Shown here: one piece after another, positions 46,341-55,360 of the stretch
How the letters are laid out: every line of letters starts with the position of its first letter
Numbering within the stretch: position 1 is the first letter of the stretch
Program-made: the position numbers and the translations under genes
Notes under the pieces: generated by a model
Seen by the model: only the letters and a program-made list of their open reading frames with translations
Told to the model about the DNA's origin: nothing
The model's database searches: none
Source: Candidatus Iainarchaeum sp.
Lineage (GTDB): Archaea > Iainarchaeota > Iainarchaeia > Iainarchaeales > GCA-2688035
DNA: 64,000 bases
Direction of reading: 5' to 3'
NCBI GenBank assembly: GCA_017610175.1
Contig: JAFCCO010000003.1
Location: 16,137 to 80,136 of the forward strand

Positions 46341-47129
46341 TCAGAGCAACGCAAGGAATGCATTTACAAGAAGCTGGGGGAAAAGGGATATTGTGAAAAA
46401 TGGCAGTCCAAACATGGGTGCTAAAAATTTACCACGAATGCTTGAAATTACAGCCAACTCGGCTGCAAAGTTGCTGCTAAAATCGTTGAGTTCGGATTTA
46501 ACGCTGAATGAGAAATTTCTCTGCCCATAGTTTGCGGGATAAACCAAAAGATTAACGTCAAGCGTTTGAAGAGGCTCCACCTCAAAAGAGGCAGACTCAA
46601 ACCAATAATTTGGAAGCGAGGACTTAACACTGATTCTTTGTGGCGCTATTGACTCATTGTTGATGATAAGCTTGAATTTTGTGGCAACCCCAACCTCGGA
46701 CTCCTGCTTGAGCCCCTCCATGCTTGCACTCAAAAGATTTTTCTTAACTGTAACGTAAACAGAAAAGTTTTCTTTGGAAACGGGAGATGCATTGCTCTCC
46801 AAAGTAAATGAAATGCGCTGAATGCTTTCAGCTGCATCCTTTGGAATCTTAAATATGGCAATTATTGTCTTGTCCTGCAGTTCAAAGGATGCGTCCCATC
46901 CGGAGAGCAAGGTTGAATTGTCAAAAGAAATTTTGTCCCACTGAAAGCCTGTGCCGCTTTGGCGCTGCATCACAACACGAATTGTTTCACCGCGGGCCAC
47001 ATTGCCCAATTCGGCAGAATCGCCTGATTTAAGGCTGCCTGAAATAGGCTCTATGAGAAATGCATCGGCTGATGCTTGGGTTGTGAACACAACCAGGACC
47101 AATAGCAATGCAAGTGCTTTTTTAAACAA
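46341..47129 (-). CDS. Secreted beta-rich protein with Sec signal peptide
   Basis: 'MFKKALALLLVLVVFTTQASADA' signal peptide. The mature part is Ser/Thr/Asn-rich and beta-strand-like with no TM. Confidence 0.4.
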   Translation of the reverse strand: MFKKALALLLVLVVFTTQASADAFLIEPISGSLKSGDSAELGNVARGETIRVVMQRQSGTGFQWDKISFDNSTLLSGWDASFELQDKTIIAIFKIPKDAAESIQRISFTLESNASPVSKENFSVYVTVKKNLLSASMEGLKQESEVGVATKFKLIINNESIAPQRISVKSSLPNYWFESASFEVEPLQTLDVNLLVYPANYGQRNFSFSVKSELNDFSSNFAAELAVISSIRGKFLAPMFGLPFFTISLFPQLLVNAFLALL

Positions 47130-47173
47130 ATAAACCCTCTGTATTATTTGCGTTCAAAGAAAATTAAAAGGTT

Positions 47174-47809
47174 ATGCAAATGAGGGTATTGGCGTTAAGT
47201 GATGTTCACAGCGGGACAGAAATGGCTTCAAAGCTCGCAAAACAGGCAGGAAAGGTAGATTACGCGATTTTTCTCGGCGATTTGACAAATTATGGCGACA
47301 AAAAAGCGCTGGAAATCATAAATTCTGTTGGTGCCGAAAAAAACCTTGCCATTCCGGGAAACCTTGATTCGTGGGAAATTCTTGATGAAATTGAGAAAGA
47401 GGGTGTTTCACTGCATATGAAAAGCGTTGAAATCGCTGGATTCAACTTTGTCGGGTGCGGAGGGGGGTTGCACAACAACCCGGGGCAAGTGCTTTATTCT
47501 GAAAAAGAGATTTTCGAAAAGATTGTGCCATTGATGGGGTCGGGAAAAAGCGTTCTGGTGACACATTTGCCGCCATTGAACACAGAAATAGACCTTGCGG
47601 GAAACGGAGTGCATATTGGAAGTGCAGCCGTGCGGGAATTGATTGAAAAGTTCCAGCCAGTGCTTCACTTGTGCGGACATGCACACAAGGCAATGGGGGA
47701 AACAATTATTGGAAAAACAAGATGCATTAACGCAGGGCCAACAAAAGAGGGAAACGGGCTCCTGCTTGAACTTGGAAAAACAATTGAAGTAACAAGACTG
47801 AGGGTGTGA
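47174..47809 (+). CDS. Calcineurin-like metallophosphoesterase
   Basis: 'VLALSDVHSG', 'FLGDLTNYG', 'GNLD' and 'CGHAH' metallophosphatase motifs. Confidence 0.65.
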   Translation: MQMRVLALSDVHSGTEMASKLAKQAGKVDYAIFLGDLTNYGDKKALEIINSVGAEKNLAIPGNLDSWEILDEIEKEGVSLHMKSVEIAGFNFVGCGGGLHNNPGQVLYSEKEIFEKIVPLMGSGKSVLVTHLPPLNTEIDLAGNGVHIGSAAVRELIEKFQPVLHLCGHAHKAMGETIIGKTRCINAGPTKEGNGLLLELGKTIEVTRLRV

Positions 47810-47812
47810 AAA

Positions 47813-48403
47813 GTGAAACAAAGCAGGTTTGAGATGCTGAAAAAGCATAACGATGAACAGTTTGGGGAAGCAGTAAATGAGGGGAAGGCAGACGACAGGA
47901 TGAAAAGTATCTGCCGATTTCTAAACTCAACAAAGAATTTTTTTACAAGCAGCAGTTGCGCAGGACGAATTACTCTGCTCTCGGTAAAAAGTATAGGTAA
48001 AAAGCAGCCAAACGCATTTCATCGAAAATGGCACAGAAAAGTTTCACTCAAAGAAGTGTTAGAGGGAATAGATGAGAAGGCCTCTGAAAAGGAACTGTGG
48101 TTTAAACTTGACCCATTCATTTTGCATGTTGGAGCCCGTGATTTGGAAAATGCAAGAAGGGTGCTTAAATGCATGCGCCTTGCGGGGATAAAACGCGGAG
48201 GCATAATGCTTGCAAAGGAAGAGAAATTTATAATAGAACTCCAGGGAACCAATGTAATATCCCTTCCTGTAAAAAGTGACGGAGAACTTCTTGCTGACAA
48301 GAAATATATTTCATTTATATTGAAACAGGCAAATACAAAACTTGCAGACAACTACAAAAGGCTTAAGCGGTTCGAAAAGATCTGCAGGGCAGAGCTGAAA
48401 TGA
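47813..48403 (+). CDS. taw3: Taw3/TYW3-like tRNA wyosine-derivative methyltransferase
   Basis: Conserved 'FFTSSSCAGRITLL' motif of the TYW3 family, at the archaeal Taw3 size of 196 aa. Confidence 0.55.
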   Translation: MKQSRFEMLKKHNDEQFGEAVNEGKADDRMKSICRFLNSTKNFFTSSSCAGRITLLSVKSIGKKQPNAFHRKWHRKVSLKEVLEGIDEKASEKELWFKLDPFILHVGARDLENARRVLKCMRLAGIKRGGIMLAKEEKFIIELQGTNVISLPVKSDGELLADKKYISFILKQANTKLADNYKRLKRFEKICRAELK

Positions 48404-48945
48404 ACAAGCAGAAAAGACTATTTTTTGCCGTTAACCTGCCTGACAAAGTGAAAGAAGAAATTTCAAAAACAATTCTTCCAAAAATTCCGAAAGAAAAGTG
48501 GAGAACTGTCAAGAAAGAAAATCTCCACATAACAATGCGGTTTCTTGGGCATCTCCCTGAACAAGCAATTGGGGAATTGCAGGAAAAAACAAACGTTGTT
48601 GGGAACAGTGAAGAGTTTTATGCAGAACTAAAGGGTGTTGGGCATTTCAAAAACCGCATTCTGTGGATTGGAACAGGGGAAGGGACAAATGAATTCAACC
48701 TGCTTAGCAAAAAACTGTGTGAAGCGCTTGGGGTTTTGGACAAAAGGTTCCACGCACATATAACAATTGCAAGAAACAGGGGATCAAAACCAAAAGAAAC
48801 GGACGAATTAATCGAGGGGCTTCGCAAACAGAAGTTTGAAAGGAGAATAACCGTAAGATCGGTTGACTTAATGGAATCAATTCTTCACAAAGCTGGCCCG
48901 GAATACAAAAAGGTTTTTTTAACAGAACTTAAATCTCGCCTGTAA
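48400..48945 (+). CDS. 2H phosphoesterase (LigT/ThpR 2'-5' RNA ligase / 2',3'-cyclic phosphodiesterase)
   Basis: Two H-x-T-x motifs ('HITMRFLG' and 'HAHITIAR') and the start 'RLFFAVNLP'. Confidence 0.7.
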   Translation: MNKQKRLFFAVNLPDKVKEEISKTILPKIPKEKWRTVKKENLHITMRFLGHLPEQAIGELQEKTNVVGNSEEFYAELKGVGHFKNRILWIGTGEGTNEFNLLSKKLCEALGVLDKRFHAHITIARNRGSKPKETDELIEGLRKQKFERRITVRSVDLMESILHKAGPEYKKVFLTELKSRL

Positions 48946-50464
48946 GTTTTTCCAAAAGCTCCTGCGGCCTTGCATAATATTCAAGAATAATTTTCTCAAC
49001 ATCATCCCTGTCCTTGACTCCGTTCTCAAGCATCCACTCAAGTATGCGCTGCCTTACAAGCATCTCGCCCTTAAGCTGATTTTTGGTCAAGCCAACCCGT
49101 TCAGAGAGGCTCTCCAAAACCCCGCTTGGAACCGTTGTTTTCTCCACAAGCCCCTTCTTTGTATTAAGTTCAAAAATATTGCTTAGCAGAACCGTGTCCT
49201 CCATGCGGCCAACCTCTGCAACCTGCTTCACCCTTCTTATCATCCCGCTTTCCTTGCGGTAACTGCGCTGCATGACAACAATGAGATCAAGAAGCGGCAG
49301 CATTGATTCGGGAACGTCCATTGGACTGCTTTTGAAACGCAGCAGCATTTCACGGGCTGAATTGCTATGCACGGTCCCAAGTATGCCCCTGTGCCCTGTG
49401 TCCATCGCAACGAACATTGTTTGGGCTTCGCTTCCGCGAACTTCCCCAACCAACAACCTGTCAGGGCGCATTCTCAAAGAGTTCTTAAGCAAGTCATCCA
49501 TTTTAACTTCGGACAAGTCCTTCATCTTGGGCTTGCTCTCCATCTGGATCCAATTATCGCGCTCGCCCAAATCAAGCTCAAGCGTGTCCTCAATGCTTAT
49601 AATGCGGTGGCTAAATGGAATAAACGAAGCAAGAATGTTGAGCAAAGTTGTTTTTCCACTGCCGGCACCGCCCGTGACAATTATGTTCATTGGATCGACA
49701 TTAAGGCCCTCCACCATTAACCACAGGAAGGCAGCAAGTTCCACACTAAGGGTATTGTTCTCAACCAAATGAACTATGGAAAGGGGCATCTTGGAAAATT
49801 TTCTTATTGTAAGTGAATGCCCAAAGGGGGTAACATAGGAAAAAGTGGCGTTTGCCCTGCTGCCGTCAGGCAAGCGCGCATCAAGCAGGGGGTGGGCGTC
49901 ACTGAATTGCTTACTGACGGTGTTTGCAATCCTCATTATAAGCTCTACAACAAAACCCCTTTCCTTTGCCACAACATTTGTTTTGCACATTCCATGTTTT
50001 TTGTGGAAGACAAATACATTTCTATCAAAGCCGTTAATCATAATTTCCTCAAGATTCTCGTCCGACATCATTTCCGCAATCTGCCTGAAACCAATTGACT
50101 TATCAAGCACATATTTTGCAAACTTTGTGGGTGAGGCAACGCCCATGCTTCTGGCAATTGCAGCAAGCGCAAGGCTTACTCCCGCAAAGTCTGCCGGCAG
50201 GGGAAGCTTTTGAATCATTCCAATTGAATCAATCGGCTGTATTACGGTTTCGCGAAAGGCAGTGGCGAGTTTTGCGGTTGGCAAAATTCTCTGCAACTCT
50301 GCAACCGAACCCTGGCGCATTATAATCCTAATAAAGCTTTGGGCAAGCGCATCCTCTTTGGGGGGCAAAGTTGGCTTTGAGACCTCGTATATGTTGTGTG
50401 GAAAGCCCTCAAATATGGAAACCCGGCCATAGGAATCAAGTTTCTTTCCCTTAAATTCTTTCAT
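48929..50464 (-). CDS. Second FlaI/TadA/GspE-family secretion ATPase (orphan paralog)
   Basis: 'HPLLDARLPDGSRANATF', Walker A 'VTGGAGSGKTTLLNILASF', 'RDNWIQMESKP', 'RLLVGEVRG' and 'MDTGHRGILGTVHSNS', closely paralleling the 25319..27232 ATPase. No adjacent platform gene. The ORF extends to 50572. Confidence 0.8.
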   Translation of the reverse strand: MKEFKGKKLDSYGRVSIFEGFPHNIYEVSKPTLPPKEDALAQSFIRIIMRQGSVAELQRILPTAKLATAFRETVIQPIDSIGMIQKLPLPADFAGVSLALAAIARSMGVASPTKFAKYVLDKSIGFRQIAEMMSDENLEEIMINGFDRNVFVFHKKHGMCKTNVVAKERGFVVELIMRIANTVSKQFSDAHPLLDARLPDGSRANATFSYVTPFGHSLTIRKFSKMPLSIVHLVENNTLSVELAAFLWLMVEGLNVDPMNIIVTGGAGSGKTTLLNILASFIPFSHRIISIEDTLELDLGERDNWIQMESKPKMKDLSEVKMDDLLKNSLRMRPDRLLVGEVRGSEAQTMFVAMDTGHRGILGTVHSNSAREMLLRFKSSPMDVPESMLPLLDLIVVMQRSYRKESGMIRRVKQVAEVGRMEDTVLLSNIFELNTKKGLVEKTTVPSGVLESLSERVGLTKNQLKGEMLVRQRILEWMLENGVKDRDDVEKIILEYYARPQELLEKLTGEI

Positions 50465-50538
50465 AGGCATCTGGAAATCACAACCAGTATTATAAACACC
50501 ATTTACATATATAAATAAGTTTTGATAGAGTTGATTGC

Positions 50539-51924
50539 ATGCAGGGAACAAGGGAAATTCTGCAAACTGCACTGAAAAAAATAACGCCTACGAATAAGGA
50601 AAAGGCTGCCCAAAAAAAGCTTGCAGAAAAGATAATCTCAGACATAATGAAAAGCGAGGGCAAACACATTGATGTTGTGCTCTGCGGCAGCATTGCAAGG
50701 GACACCCACCTGCGCGGGGATAATGACCTGGATATATTTGTTTTATTCCCCGAAAAGCTTTCAAGAGCGGAATTTGAAAAAGAAGGGCTTAGGATTGGCA
50801 AAAAAGTGTTCCGTGGCAAGAAATGGGAAAAGGCTTTTTCAGAACATCCATACATTCGCGGGGTAATTAACGGTTTTGATGTTGAAATAGTGCCCTCCTA
50901 CAAAGTAAGCAGTGCTGAACTGTTGCAGAGCGCTGTGGACAGAAGCCCTTTTCACAACAAATACCTTCTTGGAAAAATGAGCACAAGCGACAGAAAGGAA
51001 GCCAGGCTTCTGAAACAGTTTCTCAAAGGAATAAAGGCATATGGGGCGGACATAAAAGCAAGCTCCGTTCCAGGGTATGTTGTTGAACTCTTAATTTTAA
51101 GGTACGGCTCGTTTACAAAAACACTCAAGGCGATTGCGGAATGGAAACAGGGGCAAGTAATAGACCTTGAAAGAAGGCTTGATGAAAAAGTTTCAAAGAA
51201 AAAGTTCAAAGACGCTCCGTTAATAATTGTGGACCCTGTTGACAAGAACCGGAATGTTGCAGCAGCGCTTTCGCTTAACCAATTTTCAAGAATAATTGCG
51301 GCTGCACGCTCTTTCAACAGAAAACCGGAATTAAAATTCTTTTTTGGGAAAAAGCAAAAGCCGTGGGCCATTGGAAAACTCAGAAAAATGCTTCAGAAAA
51401 AAGAGCTTATTGCAGTAAGGCTGGGCTATCCAAAGGGGGCGCTTTCGGATATTGTTTGGGGGCAGATTCAAAGGTTTGCAAAGAAAACCGCAAAGCACAT
51501 TGAGATGAATGAGTTTCGGGTTTTAAGGAGTAAGGCCTGGACTGATGAGAAAAACGCAATAGTTCTTGTGTTTGAAGTTGAAAGCAGGATGCTGCAAAAA
51601 AGCACCAGGAAGGCAGGCCCGTTTGTAACGGATGAAAAGAACAGTGAGGCATTTCTTGCAAAGCACCCGCTGCTTGTTGCGGGACCGAGAATTGAAAACG
51701 GGCGATGGGTTATAGAAGTTTTGAGAAAGTTCACAAGAGTAGAGAATGTGCTTAAGGCATTTTTGAAAAAAGAAAAAAGGGTTGAGAAGAACTACTTAAA
51801 GAAAGCAATAAACAAGGGCAGCAGAGTTTTAGAGGAAGAGAATCTTGTAAAGCTGTTTAAGCAGAACCGTGAGTTTGCGGAATTCTTTACAACATACTTA
51901 AAGGGTGAAGAAGAATTCCTTTGA
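50539..51924 (+). CDS. cca: Archaeal class I CCA-adding tRNA nucleotidyltransferase
   Basis: 'VVLCGSIARDTHLRGDNDLDIFVLF' Pol-beta-like NT motif, at the archaeal CCA size of 461 aa. Confidence 0.85.
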   Translation: MQGTREILQTALKKITPTNKEKAAQKKLAEKIISDIMKSEGKHIDVVLCGSIARDTHLRGDNDLDIFVLFPEKLSRAEFEKEGLRIGKKVFRGKKWEKAFSEHPYIRGVINGFDVEIVPSYKVSSAELLQSAVDRSPFHNKYLLGKMSTSDRKEARLLKQFLKGIKAYGADIKASSVPGYVVELLILRYGSFTKTLKAIAEWKQGQVIDLERRLDEKVSKKKFKDAPLIIVDPVDKNRNVAAALSLNQFSRIIAAARSFNRKPELKFFFGKKQKPWAIGKLRKMLQKKELIAVRLGYPKGALSDIVWGQIQRFAKKTAKHIEMNEFRVLRSKAWTDEKNAIVLVFEVESRMLQKSTRKAGPFVTDEKNSEAFLAKHPLLVAGPRIENGRWVIEVLRKFTRVENVLKAFLKKEKRVEKNYLKKAINKGSRVLEEENLVKLFKQNREFAEFFTTYLKGEEEFL

Positions 51925-52160
51925 AAAAAAGAGCCAAAAGAAAGGGGCTTGGGTTGGGAACCGCAAGCAAAACGCCCATGCCAATGTCCGCTGCAAGTGA
52001 ATTAAGGCACGAACTAAAAACAATTAGGGCAAAAGCGCAGAGGCAGACGTTAACGCTTAAGGAAAGGCAGCGCCAGGAAACAATATGGAAACATTTAGTG
52101 AAGAAAAACTGGCACAGGTACTTCCCAAAAAAAGTGCTTTCAGGATGGAAAACGAAATGA
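51921..52160 (+). CDS. Small basic hypothetical protein
   Basis: 79 aa, Lys/Arg-rich. The stop abuts the tRNA on the opposite strand, and coding status is uncertain. Confidence 0.2.
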   Translation: MKKRAKRKGLGLGTASKTPMPMSAASELRHELKTIRAKAQRQTLTLKERQRQETIWKHLVKKNWHRYFPKKVLSGWKTK

Positions 52161-52230
52161 GCCCGGAGGGATTCGAACCCTCGATCTCTCCGTCCGAAGC
52201 GGAGTGCCTTATCCAAACTGGGCTACGGGC
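52160..52230 (-). tRNA. tRNA-Arg (anticodon UCG)
   Basis: The reverse complement GCCCGTAGCCCAGTTTGGATAAGGCACTCCGCTTCGGACGGAGAGATCGAGGGTTCGAATCCCTCCGGGC folds as a cloverleaf. It has a 7-bp acceptor stem, a D-arm 'AGCCCAGTTTGGATAAGGC', anticodon stem CTCCG/CGGAG with loop CTTCGGA (anticodon TCG) and a T-arm 'GGTTCGAATCC'. CCA is not encoded. Confidence 0.8.
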
Positions 52231-52231
52231 C

Positions 52232-52262
52232 CATCGAGAATGTTTATAATTATTGCGTTATA
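52232..52262 (-). promoter_or_regulatory. Putative TATA/BRE promoter for tRNA-Arg
   Basis: On the minus strand 'AATAATTATAAACA' lies about 20-25 nt upstream of the tRNA 5' end, which is the typical archaeal TATA spacing. Confidence 0.3.
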
Positions 52263-52310
52263 GAATTTAATTAACCTATTTATTTAAAAGACAAGGATTA
52301 AGTGGTTAAA

Positions 52311-52466
52311 ATGAAGGTTTGTAGTACATGCAATAAAGAAGTCACAACTGACTATACGGAATTCAAATGCCCCAAATGCAGCAAGTCACGCATTGTAAGG
52401 TGTGAGGGCTGCAGAAAGAACGCAAAACCATACAAATGCGCTGAATGCGGCTTTGTAGGGCCATAG
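52311..52466 (+). CDS. Zn-ribbon protein (COG2888-like, usually linked to aEF-1beta)
   Basis: 51 aa with four CxxC pairs 'CSTC...CPKC...CEGC...CAEC'. It is immediately upstream of aEF-1beta, a conserved archaeal gene pair. Confidence 0.55.
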   Translation: MKVCSTCNKEVTTDYTEFKCPKCSKSRIVRCEGCRKNAKPYKCAECGFVGP

Positions 52467-52475
52467 GTGAGCTAA

Positions 52476-52736
52476 ATGGGCAAAACACTCGTAATTTACA
52501 AGATTAACATAACAGATATGGAAAAGATTGATGACGCGCTTGAGTCCCTGAAAACCGTGAAAAGCGGTGAATACAGGGATGCAAAAAAAGAGCCAATCGG
52601 CTTTGGCATTGAGATTCTTAAAGCGGCTTTTACCGTTCCTGAAAAGGACGACAAGGCAGTTGAGATCCTCACAAAGGAACTCAATGAGCTTGAGCTTGTG
52701 GAAGAGGCAGAAATGCGCGAAATGACCCTGCTCTAA
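52476..52736 (+). CDS. ef1b: Elongation factor 1-beta (aEF-1beta)
   Basis: 86 aa, with 'TLVIYKINITDME' at the N-terminus and a C-terminal 'IGFGIEILKAAFTVPE...ELELVEEAEM' guanine-nucleotide-exchange domain pattern. Confidence 0.75.
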   Translation: MGKTLVIYKINITDMEKIDDALESLKTVKSGEYRDAKKEPIGFGIEILKAAFTVPEKDDKAVEILTKELNELELVEEAEMREMTLL

Positions 52737-52816
52737 GGGCCAACTTCTACATAATTATTCTTCTTTTCAGCTCCCTTTAACAAAGTTTTTCCACTAATTA
52801 GTGCAGGGGGAGCAAA

Positions 52817-54880
52817 TTGATTAAAACAATTGAGCTGCAGAACTGGAAAACCCACCTGAACAGCAGGTTTGAATTTTCAAACGGAACCAATTTGCTTGTT
52901 GGGGCAATGGGCTCCGGAAAAACAAGCGTAATGGACGCCATCTGCTTTGCACTATTTGGAACTTTCCCAAGCCTGCAACAGAGAAAGCTGAGCCAGCAGG
53001 AAATAATAATGGCAAAGCCGAACAAAATGGACTTTGCAAGGGTAAAGCTTGAGTTTGACTACAATGGGCAAGAGTACGCTGTTGAGCGCGTGATAAAGGA
53101 GAAGGGCGGAACAGAAGCAAAGTTTTACATTTCCAAAAAGTTTACAGCAGGGCCAAAACCAAACGATGTAAACAAGGCGATTGAGAACGCGATTGAAATA
53201 AACTACAACCTATTTAGCCGTGCGGTATATTCCGAACAAAACCAGATCGACCACTTCCTAAGGCTTTCCCCCGGACAGCGCAAGGAAAAGTTTGATGAAC
53301 TGCTTGAACTTGACAGGTATGAAAAAGTGAGAAGCAGTGCTGTTAGCACACAAAACAGGCTGAACGGAATTATGACGGACAAAAGCGCATGGCTTGGAGA
53401 ACTTAAAAAAGAATTTAAGGGAAGCGACGCAAAAGAGCTTGAGAAAAAAAAGGAAGAGAAAGAAAAGCTGCTCAAGGAACTTAATGAAAAGGAAAAATCG
53501 CTCGCAAAGGAAACCGAGAGCCTTAAGAAAGAGGTAAGCGAGCTTGAGCAAAAAGAAAAGGAATTTAGGGAGCTTAGTGAAAGTGTTTCAAAGAAGTCCT
53601 ATCTGGCAGAGCAACTTGCAAAAGAAGTGGGGAACACAGGAAAAGAGCTTAAGGGTCTGGATGCCGAAGTGATTGAGAAAAGCATTGAGGGAAGGAATGA
53701 GGAACTGAAAAAGAAACGCAGTGAAATCGACGGGCTTGAGAAAAAAGAAAAGGAAATTATTGAAAAAGCCAGTGCGGCAAAGCAAGAAATTAAGGGGAAT
53801 GAACTCAAGGTTAAGGAGCTAAAGGAACAAACCGCCGGAGTAAAGGGAGTTGAAGGAAACTGCCCGGTCTGCAAAACACTGCTTGACAAAGGTAAAAAAG
53901 AGCACATTGAAAAAGAAAACAGGGAACTTGAGGAAAAATTAGGGGAAAAAAACAAAAAGATAAGCGAAGAAATTGAAAAATTTGAGAAAGAGCAGGAAAA
54001 GCTTGGAAAGGAAAGGGGCGCCGCGGAAAAAGAGGAAAGCGCAGTTGAGGAAAAGGTCGTGGAATTAAAGAGGCTTTTGGAGCTTGCAAAAAAGCTTGGT
54101 GAAAAGAAAGTGCAGGCGGAAAAGCTTGGAAAGGAAGCAAAAGACACAAGGGCAAGAATCGAAAAGCTTGGGTTTGACGAGGCAAAAGCAAAGAAAGCAA
54201 AGGATGACGCAATTCGCACAGAATCCGCGGTTGGGTCCTGCAAAAAAGAACAAGCAAGCGTGAAAGAGATTCTTGCATTTGTCGAAAACGAAATTGAAAA
54301 GTCAAAGAAAAACGAGGAACAAATCAAAGAACTTGAAGCAAGCGTGAAAGCAATTGAAAAAAGTTTGGAAAAGCTGAATTTGTTTGTGAATTCTTTAAGG
54401 GAAACGCAGGCTCAGCTAAGGGAGAGCCTGATTGAAACAATCAACGAAGCAATGGACCAAATATGGCAGGACATTTACCCATACAAGGACTACTCTTCCG
54501 CAATGATGGCGGTTGAAGACGGAAACTATGAACTTGTTGTTAAAAACAGGGAAGGGAATTGGGAGCGGGTTGAAGGAATTTTAAGCGGAGGGGAAAGGTC
54601 ATCCGCAGCAATCTGCATCAGAATAGCGTTCTCGCTTGTTCTGACAAGAAACCTTTCGTGGATGATTCTGGACGAGCCAACACACAACCTTGACACAACC
54701 GCAGTAAGCTGTTTGAGCAAAATGATGCGTGAATCCCTCCCTAAAATAATCGAGCAGGTTTTTGTGATAACACACGATAAAGAAATGGAGAAAGCCGCAT
54801 CCGGCACGCTCTATGTGCTAAACAGAAATAAAAGTGTGGACGGGCCAACAAAAGCGGAATCAATTGCTTTAGAAAGTTAG
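52817..54880 (+). CDS. rad50: Rad50 DSB repair ATPase (SMC-like, zinc hook)
   Basis: Walker A 'LLVGAMGSGKTSVMDAI', a long coiled coil with the central hook 'CPVCKT', signature 'LSGGERS' and D-loop 'MILDEPT'. A TTG start is called. Confidence 0.85.
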   Translation: MIKTIELQNWKTHLNSRFEFSNGTNLLVGAMGSGKTSVMDAICFALFGTFPSLQQRKLSQQEIIMAKPNKMDFARVKLEFDYNGQEYAVERVIKEKGGTEAKFYISKKFTAGPKPNDVNKAIENAIEINYNLFSRAVYSEQNQIDHFLRLSPGQRKEKFDELLELDRYEKVRSSAVSTQNRLNGIMTDKSAWLGELKKEFKGSDAKELEKKKEEKEKLLKELNEKEKSLAKETESLKKEVSELEQKEKEFRELSESVSKKSYLAEQLAKEVGNTGKELKGLDAEVIEKSIEGRNEELKKKRSEIDGLEKKEKEIIEKASAAKQEIKGNELKVKELKEQTAGVKGVEGNCPVCKTLLDKGKKEHIEKENRELEEKLGEKNKKISEEIEKFEKEQEKLGKERGAAEKEESAVEEKVVELKRLLELAKKLGEKKVQAEKLGKEAKDTRARIEKLGFDEAKAKKAKDDAIRTESAVGSCKKEQASVKEILAFVENEIEKSKKNEEQIKELEASVKAIEKSLEKLNLFVNSLRETQAQLRESLIETINEAMDQIWQDIYPYKDYSSAMMAVEDGNYELVVKNREGNWERVEGILSGGERSSAAICIRIAFSLVLTRNLSWMILDEPTHNLDTTAVSCLSKMMRESLPKIIEQVFVITHDKEMEKAASGTLYVLNRNKSVDGPTKAESIALES

Positions 54881-55068
54881 TTTGCCTTATCAGCCATCTT
54901 CCTTGTAATGAATCCGGCAATAAGGTTTCTGTCGACCTTTGAAAACTGCACGTCAAAAGAGTCGATGACGCGCTTGTTTTTTTCAAAGTCTCTTGAAAAT
55001 TTTTCAGGCAAGAGCCTAATCAAAGTATTTGCCCTCATCTTAATTGCCCGTGGAACTGCTTTACCCAT
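54877..55068 (-). CDS. rps17e: 30S ribosomal protein S17e
   Basis: 'MGKAVPRAIKMRANTLIRLLPEKFSRDFEKNKRVIDSF...NLIAGFITRKMA' parallels S17e ('[21 protein letters not shown]...FHTNKRVCEEIA...NKIAGYVTHLM'). Confidence 0.7.
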   Translation of the reverse strand: MGKAVPRAIKMRANTLIRLLPEKFSRDFEKNKRVIDSFDVQFSKVDRNLIAGFITRKMADKAN

Positions 55069-55081
55069 TAAATCACCTTAA

Positions 55082-55360
55082 TTATTCGCCAAGAAGCTCT
55101 GTCTTACCATTAGGATAAACACGTTTAATTGAAAGCGGCAGAACTCCTTTCTCAAACTCCTCTTTTGCAAGCAAGTAAGCTGAAGCGCCCTTTCCCGGTT
55201 TAACGAGAGGGGGTGCACCCAAAGCCAACTGCAGAGATCTGGCTGAGATTACTCTTGCACGTTCAAATCTTGTAATTTTTTGCAAATTCAACACCTTAAA
55301 AAATAGGGATTGTATAATTAAACTAGAAAAGCAATATTTATAAACCAATTCTAAAAGCAC
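55082..55360 (-). CDS. rpoK: DNA-directed RNA polymerase subunit K (Rpb6/omega family)
   Basis: 'ITRFERARVISARSLQLALGAPPLV' is the conserved Rpb6/RpoK core. The true start may be downstream of the annotated Met. Confidence 0.6.
   Translation of the reverse strand: MLLELVYKYCFSSLIIQSLFFKVLNLQKITRFERARVISARSLQLALGAPPLVKPGKGASAYLLAKEEFEKGVLPLSIKRVYPNGKTELLGE

Noticed and set aside
53203-54327. Multiple long minus-strand ORFs (e.g. 53599..54327 of 242 aa and 53811..54305) antisense to rad50
   Set aside because: They are low-complexity Ser/Phe/Leu-rich translations of the reverse strand of the Lys/Glu-rich rad50 coiled-coil. These are classic shadow ORFs with no start context or motifs.
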